Source of the DNA: a virus
Taxonomy: Duplodnaviria; Caudoviricetes
DNA: 47,473 nt
Direction: 5' to 3' (one strand)
IMG/VR virus record: IMGVR_UViG_3300011405_000006
Location: 1-47,473 of that record
Positions 1 to 9,916 of this stretch are shown here, piece by piece. The stretch's first letter is position 1. Each line of letters starts with the position of its first letter. The translations under genes were made by a program, and so were the position numbers. The notes under the pieces were generated by a model. The model searched no databases and was not told the DNA's origin. It saw only the letters and a program-made list of their open reading frames with translations.

Positions 1-123
1 CACCGAATGATGGAACGATTGTATTGATTGCAGTTGTGCCTGTAATCAACACAACATCAGTCTTAGGACTGATTGTGCCTGCGCTTGCTAGTGTACTCTC
101 ACTCAACTTACTCGTTGTTCCTG
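1..123. repeat. Terminal direct repeat, copy 1 (circular assembly overlap)
   Basis: caccgaatga...gttgttcctg at 1-123 is identical to 47351-47473, and an ORF reads straight through the junction. Confidence 0.95.
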
Positions 124-130
124 GGATCAT
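1..130 (-). CDS. 5' part of the junction-spanning decoration-like protein (continues to the stop at 47187)
   Basis: ATG at 130 follows AAGAGGA. MIPGTTSKLSESTLASAGT... is in frame with ORF 47187..47456, giving 97 aa in total. Confidence 0.8.
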   Translation of the reverse strand, partial: MIPGTTSKLSESTLASAGTISPKTDVVLITGTTAINTIVPSFG

Positions 131-213
131 GTATCCTCTTTCCGCCCGCCACCCACCGCTATATACTAGTACCCCATGTCGGGGCGACATGTTCCCGGCT
201 ACTAGTATGTTAA

Positions 214-516
214 CTAACCAACTGGCGTGTATTTCGCCGTGCTAGAATTGTAGATGAATAGAACTGCCTCACCTACAACTGACGCCTTCGCTGCTGCGAT
301 GTTACCCGCAGCCGTCACACCTGCTGTACCCGCGAATACGAGCGCCAGCATGTGCGTATGTAGTACAGGCGGAGTGATATTCACTACCGCCGTATTACCC
401 GTCAACACCGTGAGGAACGTAACGGGTGCAACAGTTGCAGCCGATACAAGAGTTCCCGGTGCGGAGTTGTTACATGCGTTAAGTGCCGCCCAATCGGATG
501 CTACAATTGCCATCAT
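214..516 (-). CDS. Small beta-rich virion protein, probable capsid decoration/cement protein
   Basis: Directly downstream of the major capsid gene; GGAGGA RBS; A/V/T/G-rich; paralogous to the junction-spanning gene. Confidence 0.6.
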   Translation of the reverse strand: MMAIVASDWAALNACNNSAPGTLVSAATVAPVTFLTVLTGNTAVVNITPPVLHTHMLALVFAGTAGVTAAGNIAAAKASVVGEAVLFIYNSSTAKYTPVG

Positions 517-522
517 ATCCTC

Positions 523-1773
523 CTAGTAGCCGACTGGAACAGCCAACGCATCGATGTAGCTGCATGCTGCTGGGTTGCTTACAAAAGTCTGCATTCCAAC
601 CACCATGTAGAAGATTTCCGCGGCAGCCACACCACCTGATGCACCGCGGATCTCGAAGATCTTCCTACCATCGGTTGTGTAGAATCCGATTGGAAGAATC
701 TCACCACGGCCCCACACTTCATCGACAACGAAGTCGATGCGCGTCTTGTCCCAGTTGAAGGATGGTTTGACTCCCGCACCAGCCAACTGCATGTTGTTTC
801 CAAAATACATATTCAGCCCTTCTTCTTTGGCTGTTTTCTGGATGATGGAAACCAACTGACCGATTTCCTCATATGCCTGCATCTGACACGGATGCAACCA
901 CGCCACAGGATTGAAATTGTTGTCAATTCCCACCCTGTTGCCAATCTTGTTAACCGCAAGACGTGGCAGAGGAAGCGTCAGTGCGGCATTACCCGCATTC
1001 ACGCGGTTAGCGCGGATTTCTGGCGTAGTCGAACGCGAGAATCCGAGCCATGTTCCAGCACTCGCGTTGGAATGATGGTACGGCACACCGAACAATGCAG
1101 GGAGTGATGCTGGTGCGGTGAGTCCTGCGGTAACAATCTTATCCGTAGGAGCCACAGCAGCGATTTGTGGAGTGATGTTGATGACCTTGTTCTCCACATC
1201 CCACAACGTGATGACACCTTCACCACGCTTGATGGCGAGTGCAGCATCCCACACCTGAACCGTCTGACCATAGCGCACCAAACGCGCACCAAAGCCATCC
1301 GTGGTGAGAGAAATTACGTTACTGCCACCAGCTGGCGTATCAGTTGTCACCACACCGATGACACCATCACCAGTCTGCATCATCTGGCTGTCCAACTGAC
1401 GCCGCATCTCATCCAATGCAGTAGCAGTAAGACGGCGCACCGAATTGATGATGGCTTTACGCGCATCATCAGTTGCCCACTGAGTGAGTTTGGTGTACTC
1501 AATGTTCTCACTCAAGAAAACACAATTGAGCACAGCCTTATCAAAAGTAGGCCCACCACCTCGACCAAGATCACCGCCATCAGGATTGAAATACTGAAAG
1601 CTGCCCCCCGGTCGGAGTTCCAGCGGAACACGCATCTGCCGGTGTGAGATTTTCTCCACATCCCGCTTCTTGATGTTCGCATAGAACTTGTCATCACGCT
1701 CAAACAGTACGCGGACTTTTGGAATTACTTTCTCCAACTCAAGTGCCGCGACTTGAGATTCTACAACAGCCAT
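523..1773 (-). CDS. Major capsid protein
   Basis: 416 aa, after portal and scaffold, GAGGGG RBS. Features resemble HK97-fold/P22-like coat proteins (YTKLTQWAT, LDSQMMQTGDG, C-terminal FVSNPAACSYI). Confidence 0.8.
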   Translation of the reverse strand: MAVVESQVAALELEKVIPKVRVLFERDDKFYANIKKRDVEKISHRQMRVPLELRPGGSFQYFNPDGGDLGRGGGPTFDKAVLNCVFLSENIEYTKLTQWATDDARKAIINSVRRLTATALDEMRRQLDSQMMQTGDGVIGVVTTDTPAGGSNVISLTTDGFGARLVRYGQTVQVWDAALAIKRGEGVITLWDVENKVINITPQIAAVAPTDKIVTAGLTAPASLPALFGVPYHHSNASAGTWLGFSRSTTPEIRANRVNAGNAALTLPLPRLAVNKIGNRVGIDNNFNPVAWLHPCQMQAYEEIGQLVSIIQKTAKEEGLNMYFGNNMQLAGAGVKPSFNWDKTRIDFVVDEVWGRGEILPIGFYTTDGRKIFEIRGASGGVAAAEIFYMVVGMQTFVSNPAACSYIDALAVPVGY

Positions 1774-1783
1774 GTTACCCCTC

Positions 1784-3058
1784 TTAGTCCTTCATAAGGA
1801 CATCTAGTGTAGACATACCTCGTGGAATGTCTGCTGCTTTTCTGTATTTTCCACTAGACGGGGCTGTGGATCTGCCGGGCGTAATTGGACTCTTTTTAGG
1901 AGTCAGATCTTCCACTTCATCCGAATCTACGCGCCTACCTAAGCCTTTCAAAGCATCATTTCTGGCCTTTTTTATCACTGTAGGCAACAGTGTTTTTGCT
2001 TTGCTTAGGTATGCGGACTTAATCTTATCCGTGGAATCCTTGTCGTATCCACGTTCGTGAGCGCGCTCCCACAGCCTATCTAACAAACCGCGGAATTGTT
2101 TGTCCTTCGATAACAGATCTTCTAACTTTTCGTGTGCTTCCTTGACTGCATGATTCTTCACATAGTCAGTCATGGAACCACGCGGATCAATGTTACCGTC
2201 AATCGTCGCAGTTAACACATTATCAGCCTTCGTCTGTAAATCTTCTCTTACAGACTCGAATGCCTGATATGCTCTCTGCTGCTCTAACTGCTGGTACTGC
2301 TGTTCTCTGTTCTGTTCTCGTGGGTCAGATTGTCTCGACAGAGTAGTCGGCGGACTAAAATTCTGACTTCCGAATACAAACTGATTCAGAATATTCGCCG
2401 CTGCCTGTAATGGTGCGCCCTGATCCCCTAATGCGCGCCCTTCACGCACCATCGTAACGATGGTATCTTTAATGACGTTGCCCAACACATGATAGTACGC
2501 CTGCTGGTCTACTGCTCTAAGTGCGGGCAAATAGTTGTCGGCAATTCGATTGAATGCTTCAGGATTCTCAGATTTCGCTGCCTGCAACACTGAACCGATA
2601 TTCCCATTCATTACTTGAGCTTCTACATTGTCCAGAACTCGCGCCTTCTCAGCACTCATTCTAGCATCTTGAATAGTTGGGAATACTTCCGTGAACTGTT
2701 GTTCCCTGTAGTATGCTTTCTCAAGATACGGAAAGTCCTTAAATAGTTTCGGATACTTAGCTAGAATTTCACGCCTGCGTACAGGCGTCATCAATTCTAA
2801 ATCTTCTTCTTTTGGACCTTCTAGTTCTTCTTCAATTTCCTTCAGTTCGTCTACTTCTTCATCTTTCCCAGATTCTTCAGTTTCCTCCTCAATTTCCGCA
2901 GGCTCATCTTCATCTGATTTCTTTTTTCCGCCAATATCAAGTACTTCAGGTTCTTCTTCGACATTCAGCAACTCGAAAGTATCCGTAGATTCTTCACTCC
3001 CACCATTACCTGGAGTATCATCAGGAGAGTAGAATCTATTGAATAGTAGGCTGTGCAT
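1784..3058 (-). CDS. Capsid scaffolding protein (putative)
   Basis: Between portal and capsid; very acidic N-terminus, helical/coiled-coil body, short basic C-terminal tail; GGAGGAG RBS. Confidence 0.65.
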   Translation of the reverse strand: MHSLLFNRFYSPDDTPGNGGSEESTDTFELLNVEEEPEVLDIGGKKKSDEDEPAEIEEETEESGKDEEVDELKEIEEELEGPKEEDLELMTPVRRREILAKYPKLFKDFPYLEKAYYREQQFTEVFPTIQDARMSAEKARVLDNVEAQVMNGNIGSVLQAAKSENPEAFNRIADNYLPALRAVDQQAYYHVLGNVIKDTIVTMVREGRALGDQGAPLQAAANILNQFVFGSQNFSPPTTLSRQSDPREQNREQQYQQLEQQRAYQAFESVREDLQTKADNVLTATIDGNIDPRGSMTDYVKNHAVKEAHEKLEDLLSKDKQFRGLLDRLWERAHERGYDKDSTDKIKSAYLSKAKTLLPTVIKKARNDALKGLGRRVDSDEVEDLTPKKSPITPGRSTAPSSGKYRKAADIPRGMSTLDVLMKD

Positions 3059-5387
3059 TTGGATTTACTCCTCCGCTACTCTGTGGTGGCGGACCTTCTG
3101 TTGGTTGTTGGGCGGTTCCCTCTTTTTCTTTTCCGCCTTCTTGTGGTGGAGGGGCCATCATCATCTGTTGTTGCATCTGCATCTGCATATCCATGTCTTT
3201 ATGCATCTTCATGTGCAACAGAACATTCTTATATCCTGGTGGATTCTCTAGTTTCGCCAGCCTACCCGCATCACTTACGAGCCAACGACGACAAATATCG
3301 GCTTCAAGTATGTGATTATCCACATCCATGTCTGCCATGATTGATGGCATTTCTTGTGGCGGAGGTGGTTGCATACCCATCATCATCGCCTGTTCCATCA
3401 TCATTGGATCAGGCGGCATTACAATTGGTTCTGAATTGATGAGTAGCTGAATTTCTTCGTACTGTTTCTGCCTGTCATCTTCTCCCGGAATTACATAGTC
3501 TGTTAGACCGATTGCGCGCTTCAGATACGGAAGATTCTCAGGCGAACCTAATGTCTGCATCACCATATCATTATTCAGCTGGAACAACTCCATAATGGAA
3601 TCCTTCTGCTGATTCCAAGTGATTGGCAGATTTTCATTTGCCTCAAGTTCAATTGAGCCAATCTTACCTTCTAATTCAGCACGCCGAATGAACACATTCA
3701 CGAAATTACCGAATTCGTCCTTCTTGACCTGCTTTTCATCATCCTTCACTTCACTGATGTACAATGGAATGACCTTACCAAAGATGTCTTTCCACCACAT
3801 CGTCAGCATTTTCCACGTAGTTTGGAGTCTCTGTAGTGCCTGACTCCTTGACATGCTGTATTCAGATGCAGTGCGCGAACCACTCATCTGACCACCAAAA
3901 AGAGACGGTAAAGCTCCTGATACCATTTGACCGATTTCCTGAATCTTCTGGGCAAATGGTAATACTTCCTGTGAAAGTGTAGCCGTTTTAACTTCATAGA
4001 ACCCCTCTGATAACGGCTTTCCCGACTTGGGTGTAGCAGGATATATTCCACCGGGGATAACTTCCGAATTACGGTATGCATTGAAATTTAAGACCTTTGG
4101 ATCTGCGAACGTCTGCGGAATTCCATGCTCCACCGTCTGAAGAACGAGCGAAATGAGATCGTTAGTAATATCCTGTACCGAAGTGAGAAGTAAACCAATC
4201 GGATCGAAGTGAAGATAATCTGACAGGGGATTGTGAGTAATAGTCCAAAAGTCATCAAGATTCTCGTTACAAGCATGTGCAACTTGATCATTGACCACCA
4301 CCACTTTCACGCCGTCAGGATACTGCTTCTTCAAGTCCTCTACTTCATCCTCACCTAGCACGTTATAAGCAGCAGGACGAAGCCAACAATTACGCACAGT
4401 AACATTATTGATAGGATGCTCACCATGATATTGAGGACTCGTTCGGCCCCATTGCTCATACAAGTCGTAGTTTGACGATCCCTGTCTGACGACTTTATCA
4501 CGTAGTTCTGGATATTTTTCGAGGACATTGGAGAAATGCGTTTCATAACTGTAAATGAGGTAATTACATTCCTTCTGCGAGCGCGCCCATACCGGCACCT
4601 TAACAAACAATCCGCCGAATACTTCCATACAAATACGCGACTTCGGATGATTCGTCACCCCAACCAACCGAGTGACTGTTACAGTCTGTTGTACCTTATC
4701 CGGCACAATCTGACCCGCGCAATTCGGGCACATCTCTGCGCCCTCATCTATTGCCGCGTCTAGTGGTGCATCTTCTTCAGTTGGTGCGAACTTATCCTCT
4801 TGGATTGCCGTGATTGTCTTATCCGCCAACTCATGCTGACAGATTGGACAGATACTCAATTCATGATTTTCCGGCACTTCCTCGTATTTATTCTCTTTGT
4901 AAGTGCCGTACTCCTCTTTAGCCTCAGGATAACTGTAACACGCAGTCATTCCTTCTGTGCAATACACAAATAGTGCATGAAGCCACAACAATGGCGCGTT
5001 GTTATGTTTGAAAACCAACTCCGCGATTTTATCGCCAGCGCGCGCAGTCGTAATATCTAGAGGATTATCAGCGTCATCAGGATAGCAAGTGATAGGAGGT
5101 ACAGTGACAGACAGAGCAGCGATAATAGACTCCAAATAAGCTCGATATACGTTGACCGGCTTGTCGTAGAATCCTTGGTCCGACTCATCACTTGTTTTTT
5201 CATTCTCAGGTATGCGCCAATCATGTGCGACCTCACTGTAGTAGGCATGTTGCACATTCTCCCACATCAGCTTTAATCGGCGCCATGTCCTGATTTGACG
5301 ATCGCGCACACCCCTATCTTCATCATCGAAATGATCGACAATCTGCTTAAGGAGTGCTTTAGTTGCGTCGTCTACTTCTTTAGCCAT
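3036..5387 (-). CDS. Portal protein with a CxxC...CxxC insertion
   Basis: 783 aa, between TerL and scaffold. Podovirus-portal-like segments (VNVYRAYLESIIAALS, QDITNDLISL, SRTASEYSM) and a Q/M/P-rich tail. Confidence 0.8.
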   Translation of the reverse strand: MAKEVDDATKALLKQIVDHFDDEDRGVRDRQIRTWRRLKLMWENVQHAYYSEVAHDWRIPENEKTSDESDQGFYDKPVNVYRAYLESIIAALSVTVPPITCYPDDADNPLDITTARAGDKIAELVFKHNNAPLLWLHALFVYCTEGMTACYSYPEAKEEYGTYKENKYEEVPENHELSICPICQHELADKTITAIQEDKFAPTEEDAPLDAAIDEGAEMCPNCAGQIVPDKVQQTVTVTRLVGVTNHPKSRICMEVFGGLFVKVPVWARSQKECNYLIYSYETHFSNVLEKYPELRDKVVRQGSSNYDLYEQWGRTSPQYHGEHPINNVTVRNCWLRPAAYNVLGEDEVEDLKKQYPDGVKVVVVNDQVAHACNENLDDFWTITHNPLSDYLHFDPIGLLLTSVQDITNDLISLVLQTVEHGIPQTFADPKVLNFNAYRNSEVIPGGIYPATPKSGKPLSEGFYEVKTATLSQEVLPFAQKIQEIGQMVSGALPSLFGGQMSGSRTASEYSMSRSQALQRLQTTWKMLTMWWKDIFGKVIPLYISEVKDDEKQVKKDEFGNFVNVFIRRAELEGKIGSIELEANENLPITWNQQKDSIMELFQLNNDMVMQTLGSPENLPYLKRAIGLTDYVIPGEDDRQKQYEEIQLLINSEPIVMPPDPMMMEQAMMMGMQPPPPQEMPSIMADMDVDNHILEADICRRWLVSDAGRLAKLENPPGYKNVLLHMKMHKDMDMQMQMQQQMMMAPPPQEGGKEKEGTAQQPTEGPPPQSSGGVNPNAQPTIQ

Positions 5388-6106
5388 TAGTATGCTGGCA
5401 CTCTTTCTCTCTTACCGCCCCCTCGTCTTACTGCCTGAGCAGGAGGAATGACTTCAGAATTGTCTAGATTCCTCTTTTTCTTTCTCTCATCAGGACGACC
5501 CGACGTAATGCGCGGCATACTTGAATACGAGTATGTCGGCTTCGTCTCGTCATCATCCTCATATCCCGTAATGGTCTTAATGTCGTATCCTTTACGGAAT
5601 GGCTGATTTGCAATCGCCTCTTGTTTACCCTGATGGAATGCCGTTGCAAGATTTGGACTCGACTGATCGTACTGATTCATTGGATTCTCACTGTATCTGA
5701 ATCCACCTTTAGGCATCGCTTGTCCAGTTCTCGGCACAGCTGTTGGAGCAGTTGTAGGCCCAATACCTGAAGTGCGCGAACCTGAATTTGATGAACCACC
5801 ACGATTAGCCATAATATCTCCTGCTATTGAAGTGCCCGTATTTGCAACAGCTAGAGCTTTACCAAGTTTACTCGTTGCTCCACCAAATCCACCGCCACCC
5901 ATATAGCCCGTAGCACCACCAATTAGACCAGATTTAATAACATCACCTATACTGCCGCCTCGCTTCTTCGCATCAGCAGCACTAGTACCTGCATTGATAC
6001 CCATCGATACGAGTGGACCTACACCCGGTATGAATGCTGTTCCATACTTGAGGCCATATTCACCAATCTTACTGCCAATTTTCGCCGCCTTCATTACGAA
6101 GCTCAT
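5387..6106 (-). CDS. Glycine-rich pilot/ejection-like virion protein
   Basis: N-terminal amphipathic glycine-zipper region (AFIPGVGPLVSMGI, GLIGGATG) followed by a low-complexity tail; translationally coupled to portal. Confidence 0.5.
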   Translation of the reverse strand: MSFVMKAAKIGSKIGEYGLKYGTAFIPGVGPLVSMGINAGTSAADAKKRGGSIGDVIKSGLIGGATGYMGGGGFGGATSKLGKALAVANTGTSIAGDIMANRGGSSNSGSRTSGIGPTTAPTAVPRTGQAMPKGGFRYSENPMNQYDQSSPNLATAFHQGKQEAIANQPFRKGYDIKTITGYEDDDETKPTYSYSSMPRITSGRPDERKKKRNLDNSEVIPPAQAVRRGGGKRERVPAY

Positions 6107-6108
6107 GA

Positions 6109-6288
6109 CTACCTCAGTCTGGGCGAGGGAAAGTCATAAATTCCAAACACTTGAAGTAACCAGAGAATCAAGAGTAAGACCACCACAACACGCAGAACTA
6201 TCCTGAACGGTGGACTCATTGGAATGTATGTCTCTGCTAGATAGACAATCAATCCAATGATGACTAAGAGAATGATTAGAGTAATCAT
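6109..6288 (-). CDS. 59-aa two-TM membrane protein resembling the Thivi_2564 family (holin candidate); absent from the ORF track
   Basis: Hand translation: MITLIILLVIIGLIVYLAETYIPMSPPFRIVLRVVVVLLLILWLLQVFGIYDFPSPRLR. ATGA overlap with the upstream gene; fills the gap exactly. Confidence 0.8.
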   Translation of the reverse strand: MITLIILLVIIGLIVYLAETYIPMSPPFRIVLRVVVVLLLILWLLQVFGIYDFPSPRLR

Positions 6289-6596
6289 TTGCTGACTCCC
6301 AACTCTTGCTCTAATTCCTCAATTTCTTTCACTTTACCACGCATCAATTCTGCGCGCTTCCTGTCCTCTGCTTCCAACATCTGCTGCTTTACGCGCCACG
6401 GAATGAACTGTGGCTGTATAGCCTGTGGTGGTTCAGCAGATGGAATCAGAGGCTCGGGCTTATCCTTTTCCAACAACTTGCCTAGAAGTTCGCGGCGTTC
6501 TCGCTCACTCATCGTAAGCTGTTCGCGCAGAACCTCACAAGTTGCGCAGGTAGGATCAGGAAGCCCGAACCACTTTCTGAAAAGTTCTTTAATCAA
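6285..6596 (-). CDS. Hypothetical coiled-coil protein with CxxC
   Basis: ATGA-coupled to TerL; CATC followed by heptad-rich helices. Confidence 0.7.
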   Translation of the reverse strand: MIKELFRKWFGLPDPTCATCEVLREQLTMSERERRELLGKLLEKDKPEPLIPSAEPPQAIQPQFIPWRVKQQMLEAEDRKRAELMRGKVKEIEELEQELGVSK

Positions 6597-8242
6597 TGTC
6601 TGTACCTCGAAACAGGCTTAATAGAATCATCTTCTTCGACCTTCGCCATGTTTCGGTAGAATGCTGTCCAATCCTGACTCGCACTCAGCTTGTTGACTAA
6701 CGCTTCCTGAGCTTGGATTTTCTTGAATTCTTGGTTACTCTCGTCAAAGAATCCTTCTGCCGCGTCAACAAGATATCGCAATCCATCGATGGGATCGTCA
6801 CCTTCAAATTCTGCAATATCCTCAGCAGGTTTGTTTCCTTTTGGTTTGTCATATGAACACGCCTTAATGGCCTCTACTAAAATCTCACATCCCTTAAAGA
6901 TTTGCAACTTTGGAATGTTTGTTTCAGGTTCCTGTGGTTCAAATGACTTCAAGTAGCTCTTATACTCCATCATTCCACGATTACGCATAATCCACATTGC
7001 GTAATCTTCGGAATATTGTGGTGTTTCTTGCTGATTAATCAGTTTCGGCTGCCACCGTAAGTATTCGTGTATGAGTAGTTTTCCAGCAATGCGTGAACCG
7101 GGAGTATTATTGGAGAGTTCCACGGATTGACCCAATTCATCTTCAATCTGTTGCTGAATTGTATGCTCCTGACCACGGTCCTGACCCGCGGACTTACAGA
7201 ATCTGATGAGTCTGGGCGATTCCTTATCAATATATAGTTTGACATGTGGTGCCCACTCAGCAATCTTCGTCTTAACCCAATACTGTTCGCGATAAATGTA
7301 CACGCGCTTAGAAGGAGAAATTGCCGCATAACCAATCCACGTCATAGCCGCGAAACCCCAATCTCCAATGACCATCCTGGGCCACCATTGTGGAATCTCA
7401 AACGGTTCAATCACATGTATTGCATTCGCCGGCTCATCCTCAAACTTCCTATCGCGAAACTCATCGAATACTTGACCCTGATACGCATCCCAATCGCCTA
7501 GGAGTTTAGCTTTTCTCTCAGCCTCAATAGTGATGCCCTGAAGTGATTGTTTGTAAGTGGGGTCAATATGTTTATTATCTTCTAGTGTGGAATGTATGTA
7601 GATTCGTTTATTTCCACCTCTACCAACGATGATCTTTCCACCTTTAGGGTATGGTTTAATGAACCGTTTGTAAGTCCAAGTGTGACCAATTCCACCAGGC
7701 ATTCCGGCAGCGCGAGTGATAGAGGGTAATCCTGAATCCTTCGGAGCACGATTACGTTGAAAGGTAATGTAGGTGTAGATCCATTCTGTGATACTTGTAA
7801 GCTCGTCCGGAGTATACAGGCAGATCTGCATAGTGTCGTATTGATGCACATCATCTTCATTCTCACAGTGTCCGAGAAATATCATGGCTCCTTCGTTGAC
7901 TCGACCAGTAGAGCCATACTGATCTTCACGCGGAAAGGTCCAACACATTTCAGTCTTGTTGAGAGTAGCTCCAAATTTACGATATAACTCTCTAGATCGT
8001 GGTATAATTTCATTACGGAGTTCAGGGTATGTTCGTCGCATGAAAACTTGCTTGAATTTTGGATGTTCATGCCATCGATGAACGATCCCATATAGAAGGA
8101 GCACATCTGATTTACCTGATCCGGCTCCTCCGCCATAAAATGCTTCCTTTACAGTGACTGGAACTGATAGAAACAACTCTTGCTTCGGCTCGGGTCTCCA
8201 TTCGTTGGAGCTGAATACTGGCTTCTTCTGTTCAGTATCCAC
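6593..8242 (-). CDS. terL: Terminase large subunit
   Basis: Walker A YGGGAGSGKS, RRTYPEL, Walker B TPDELT, coupling motif GMPGG, nuclease motifs GDWGF and DDPIDGLRY. Confidence 0.95.
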   Translation of the reverse strand: MDTEQKKPVFSSNEWRPEPKQELFLSVPVTVKEAFYGGGAGSGKSDVLLLYGIVHRWHEHPKFKQVFMRRTYPELRNEIIPRSRELYRKFGATLNKTEMCWTFPREDQYGSTGRVNEGAMIFLGHCENEDDVHQYDTMQICLYTPDELTSITEWIYTYITFQRNRAPKDSGLPSITRAAGMPGGIGHTWTYKRFIKPYPKGGKIIVGRGGNKRIYIHSTLEDNKHIDPTYKQSLQGITIEAERKAKLLGDWDAYQGQVFDEFRDRKFEDEPANAIHVIEPFEIPQWWPRMVIGDWGFAAMTWIGYAAISPSKRVYIYREQYWVKTKIAEWAPHVKLYIDKESPRLIRFCKSAGQDRGQEHTIQQQIEDELGQSVELSNNTPGSRIAGKLLIHEYLRWQPKLINQQETPQYSEDYAMWIMRNRGMMEYKSYLKSFEPQEPETNIPKLQIFKGCEILVEAIKACSYDKPKGNKPAEDIAEFEGDDPIDGLRYLVDAAEGFFDESNQEFKKIQAQEALVNKLSASQDWTAFYRNMAKVEEDDSIKPVSRYRH

Positions 8243-9231
8243 TAGTATTTCCTTCGATACTCAGTGTATGGACGGAAATCGAATAATGGAAGCTGATAAT
8301 TACCCATCACATCAGATACTTGACTCTGTGCAGGATTAGTTGCTGAAGAAGGTGTGGATGAAGATCGATTCCGCATCTGCTCCAACAAATAATCTTTCAC
8401 TTCAGGAAGCATTGGCTGCTCAGCTTTATCCTGTCGGAATAAATTTCCCAAAGGACTAGTTTTCCAATCTCTGCCACGCGAGAGAAACTCTGACATTAAA
8501 TCATAATCACCATAACTGGTTGAAGTTTTACCAATACCAGGTCGGTCCCACACTTCATTAGAAAACTGATTCCGCATACTAGGATCAGATGCCAATCCTC
8601 TGAATCCTGCTTCCTTAGCTCTTTTTACAGCCTCAGCATACATTTCACTACCTAGTCCCTTATCCCGATATTCATCAGCTAGATAAGTCATACTTACTGG
8701 TAAATGACCCTCGATAGTCCGAGGACTAAGTTCAATGTATCCTGCTACAGCGGGTTCACCAGGATCTATGTAACTATTTCTAGTAGCATCCTTGATTCGG
8801 AGTTTGTAGTGTGAACCCCACTGATCAGTAATCTTCTTCAATTCTGAAGCAAATGATCCAGCAGGTTTGCCCATACGCGCCGCCACATCATCTAATGTGC
8901 CGAATGCCGGCGCATCAAACATCGCAGTCGGCTTACGTAATTCCTGATTCATGAACGCATTCATGATTGGATTCATATTACTTACATCAACGTCTCCAGA
9001 TACTGGATTCGTCATTAGTTCTAACTTAGTTTGTGGATTATTTTCCGGTCCAATTCTCTGATCTGTGCGCGGCACATGAGATGGAACCGGCTCACTCGGT
9101 ATTGGTGGAGATACTTGTGGCATCTGCATTGGTCCGATGCCACCTGATTTACTCTGCTGAACAGTCTGATTGAACCCATAGTCATCTTCAGGTCGTTTCA
9201 GAAAGTTACCGAGCGCGCTGAAGAATGCCAT
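8242..9231 (-). CDS. GNAT acetyltransferase-domain protein with low-complexity flanks
   Basis: Acetyl-CoA-binding motif A YLADEYRDKGLGSEMY, then AKEAGFRGLASD...N..S..VW. Confidence 0.7.
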   Translation of the reverse strand: MAFFSALGNFLKRPEDDYGFNQTVQQSKSGGIGPMQMPQVSPPIPSEPVPSHVPRTDQRIGPENNPQTKLELMTNPVSGDVDVSNMNPIMNAFMNQELRKPTAMFDAPAFGTLDDVAARMGKPAGSFASELKKITDQWGSHYKLRIKDATRNSYIDPGEPAVAGYIELSPRTIEGHLPVSMTYLADEYRDKGLGSEMYAEAVKRAKEAGFRGLASDPSMRNQFSNEVWDRPGIGKTSTSYGDYDLMSEFLSRGRDWKTSPLGNLFRQDKAEQPMLPEVKDYLLEQMRNRSSSTPSSATNPAQSQVSDVMGNYQLPLFDFRPYTEYRRKY

Positions 9232-9232
9232 T

Positions 9233-9904
9233 TCAGTACTGCTGTTCAGGTTCCTGTTGCATCTGTTGGATGGGCTGTTGTGGCGGTCTCATGCCGAATC
9301 GTGGTCCAATTCCACCCTGACGCATCTGCATGAACTTATTACGTCTCATCGCATCCATTGATTCATCTGGTGCAGATTGACCCATCATCGCCTGAGGACG
9401 CGCCATTCCTCCGCCAAACATTCCACCCATCTGCGGACCCATAGCAGCCATTTGTTGCTGCTTCAAATCCATCATCGCCTGAGTATTCTGATCATCTACA
9501 GGTGATGCGGGCGCACTTGGTTCAGGTGCCATCATTGGTGGTGCTCCACCATACATTTTACCCATTCCAAATGCACCACCTATTCCTGCACCAGCTTGTG
9601 CCATATTCTGCCATGCCTGCTGATTAGGTTGTGGTCTACCGAATGCCTGACCCATTGCTGCACCAACTTGACCCACAGCATTCTGCATTGGACCCTGTTG
9701 ACCTAATGCCGGCCCTTGTTGTGGTGGCTGCATCTTCTGTTGTGGTGCAGCCTGATTAGATGGACCTAATCCCAATCCTTTAGCTACAGGTTTCATACCG
9801 GGAGCTTTCATTCCTGCCTGTAGTGGTTTCCTGATTGCGCTCATACCCGGCGCATTCATCATCGCATTACCTACACCTTTAAGTGCGCCCATTCCAAATG
9901 GCAT
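9233..9904 (-). CDS. Low-complexity Q/M/G/P-rich protein, probably virion-internal
   Basis: AGAAGGAA RBS; tight packing in the late operon; disordered composition. Confidence 0.65.
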   Translation of the reverse strand: MPFGMGALKGVGNAMMNAPGMSAIRKPLQAGMKAPGMKPVAKGLGLGPSNQAAPQQKMQPPQQGPALGQQGPMQNAVGQVGAAMGQAFGRPQPNQQAWQNMAQAGAGIGGAFGMGKMYGGAPPMMAPEPSAPASPVDDQNTQAMMDLKQQQMAAMGPQMGGMFGGGMARPQAMMGQSAPDESMDAMRRNKFMQMRQGGIGPRFGMRPPQQPIQQMQQEPEQQY

Positions 9905-9916
9905 AATTCCTTCTCT

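Noticed and set aside
1-123. 123-bp repeat as a biological terminal repeat
   Set aside because: It falls in the middle of a structural gene, so it is best explained as assembly overlap of a circular or permuted contig.
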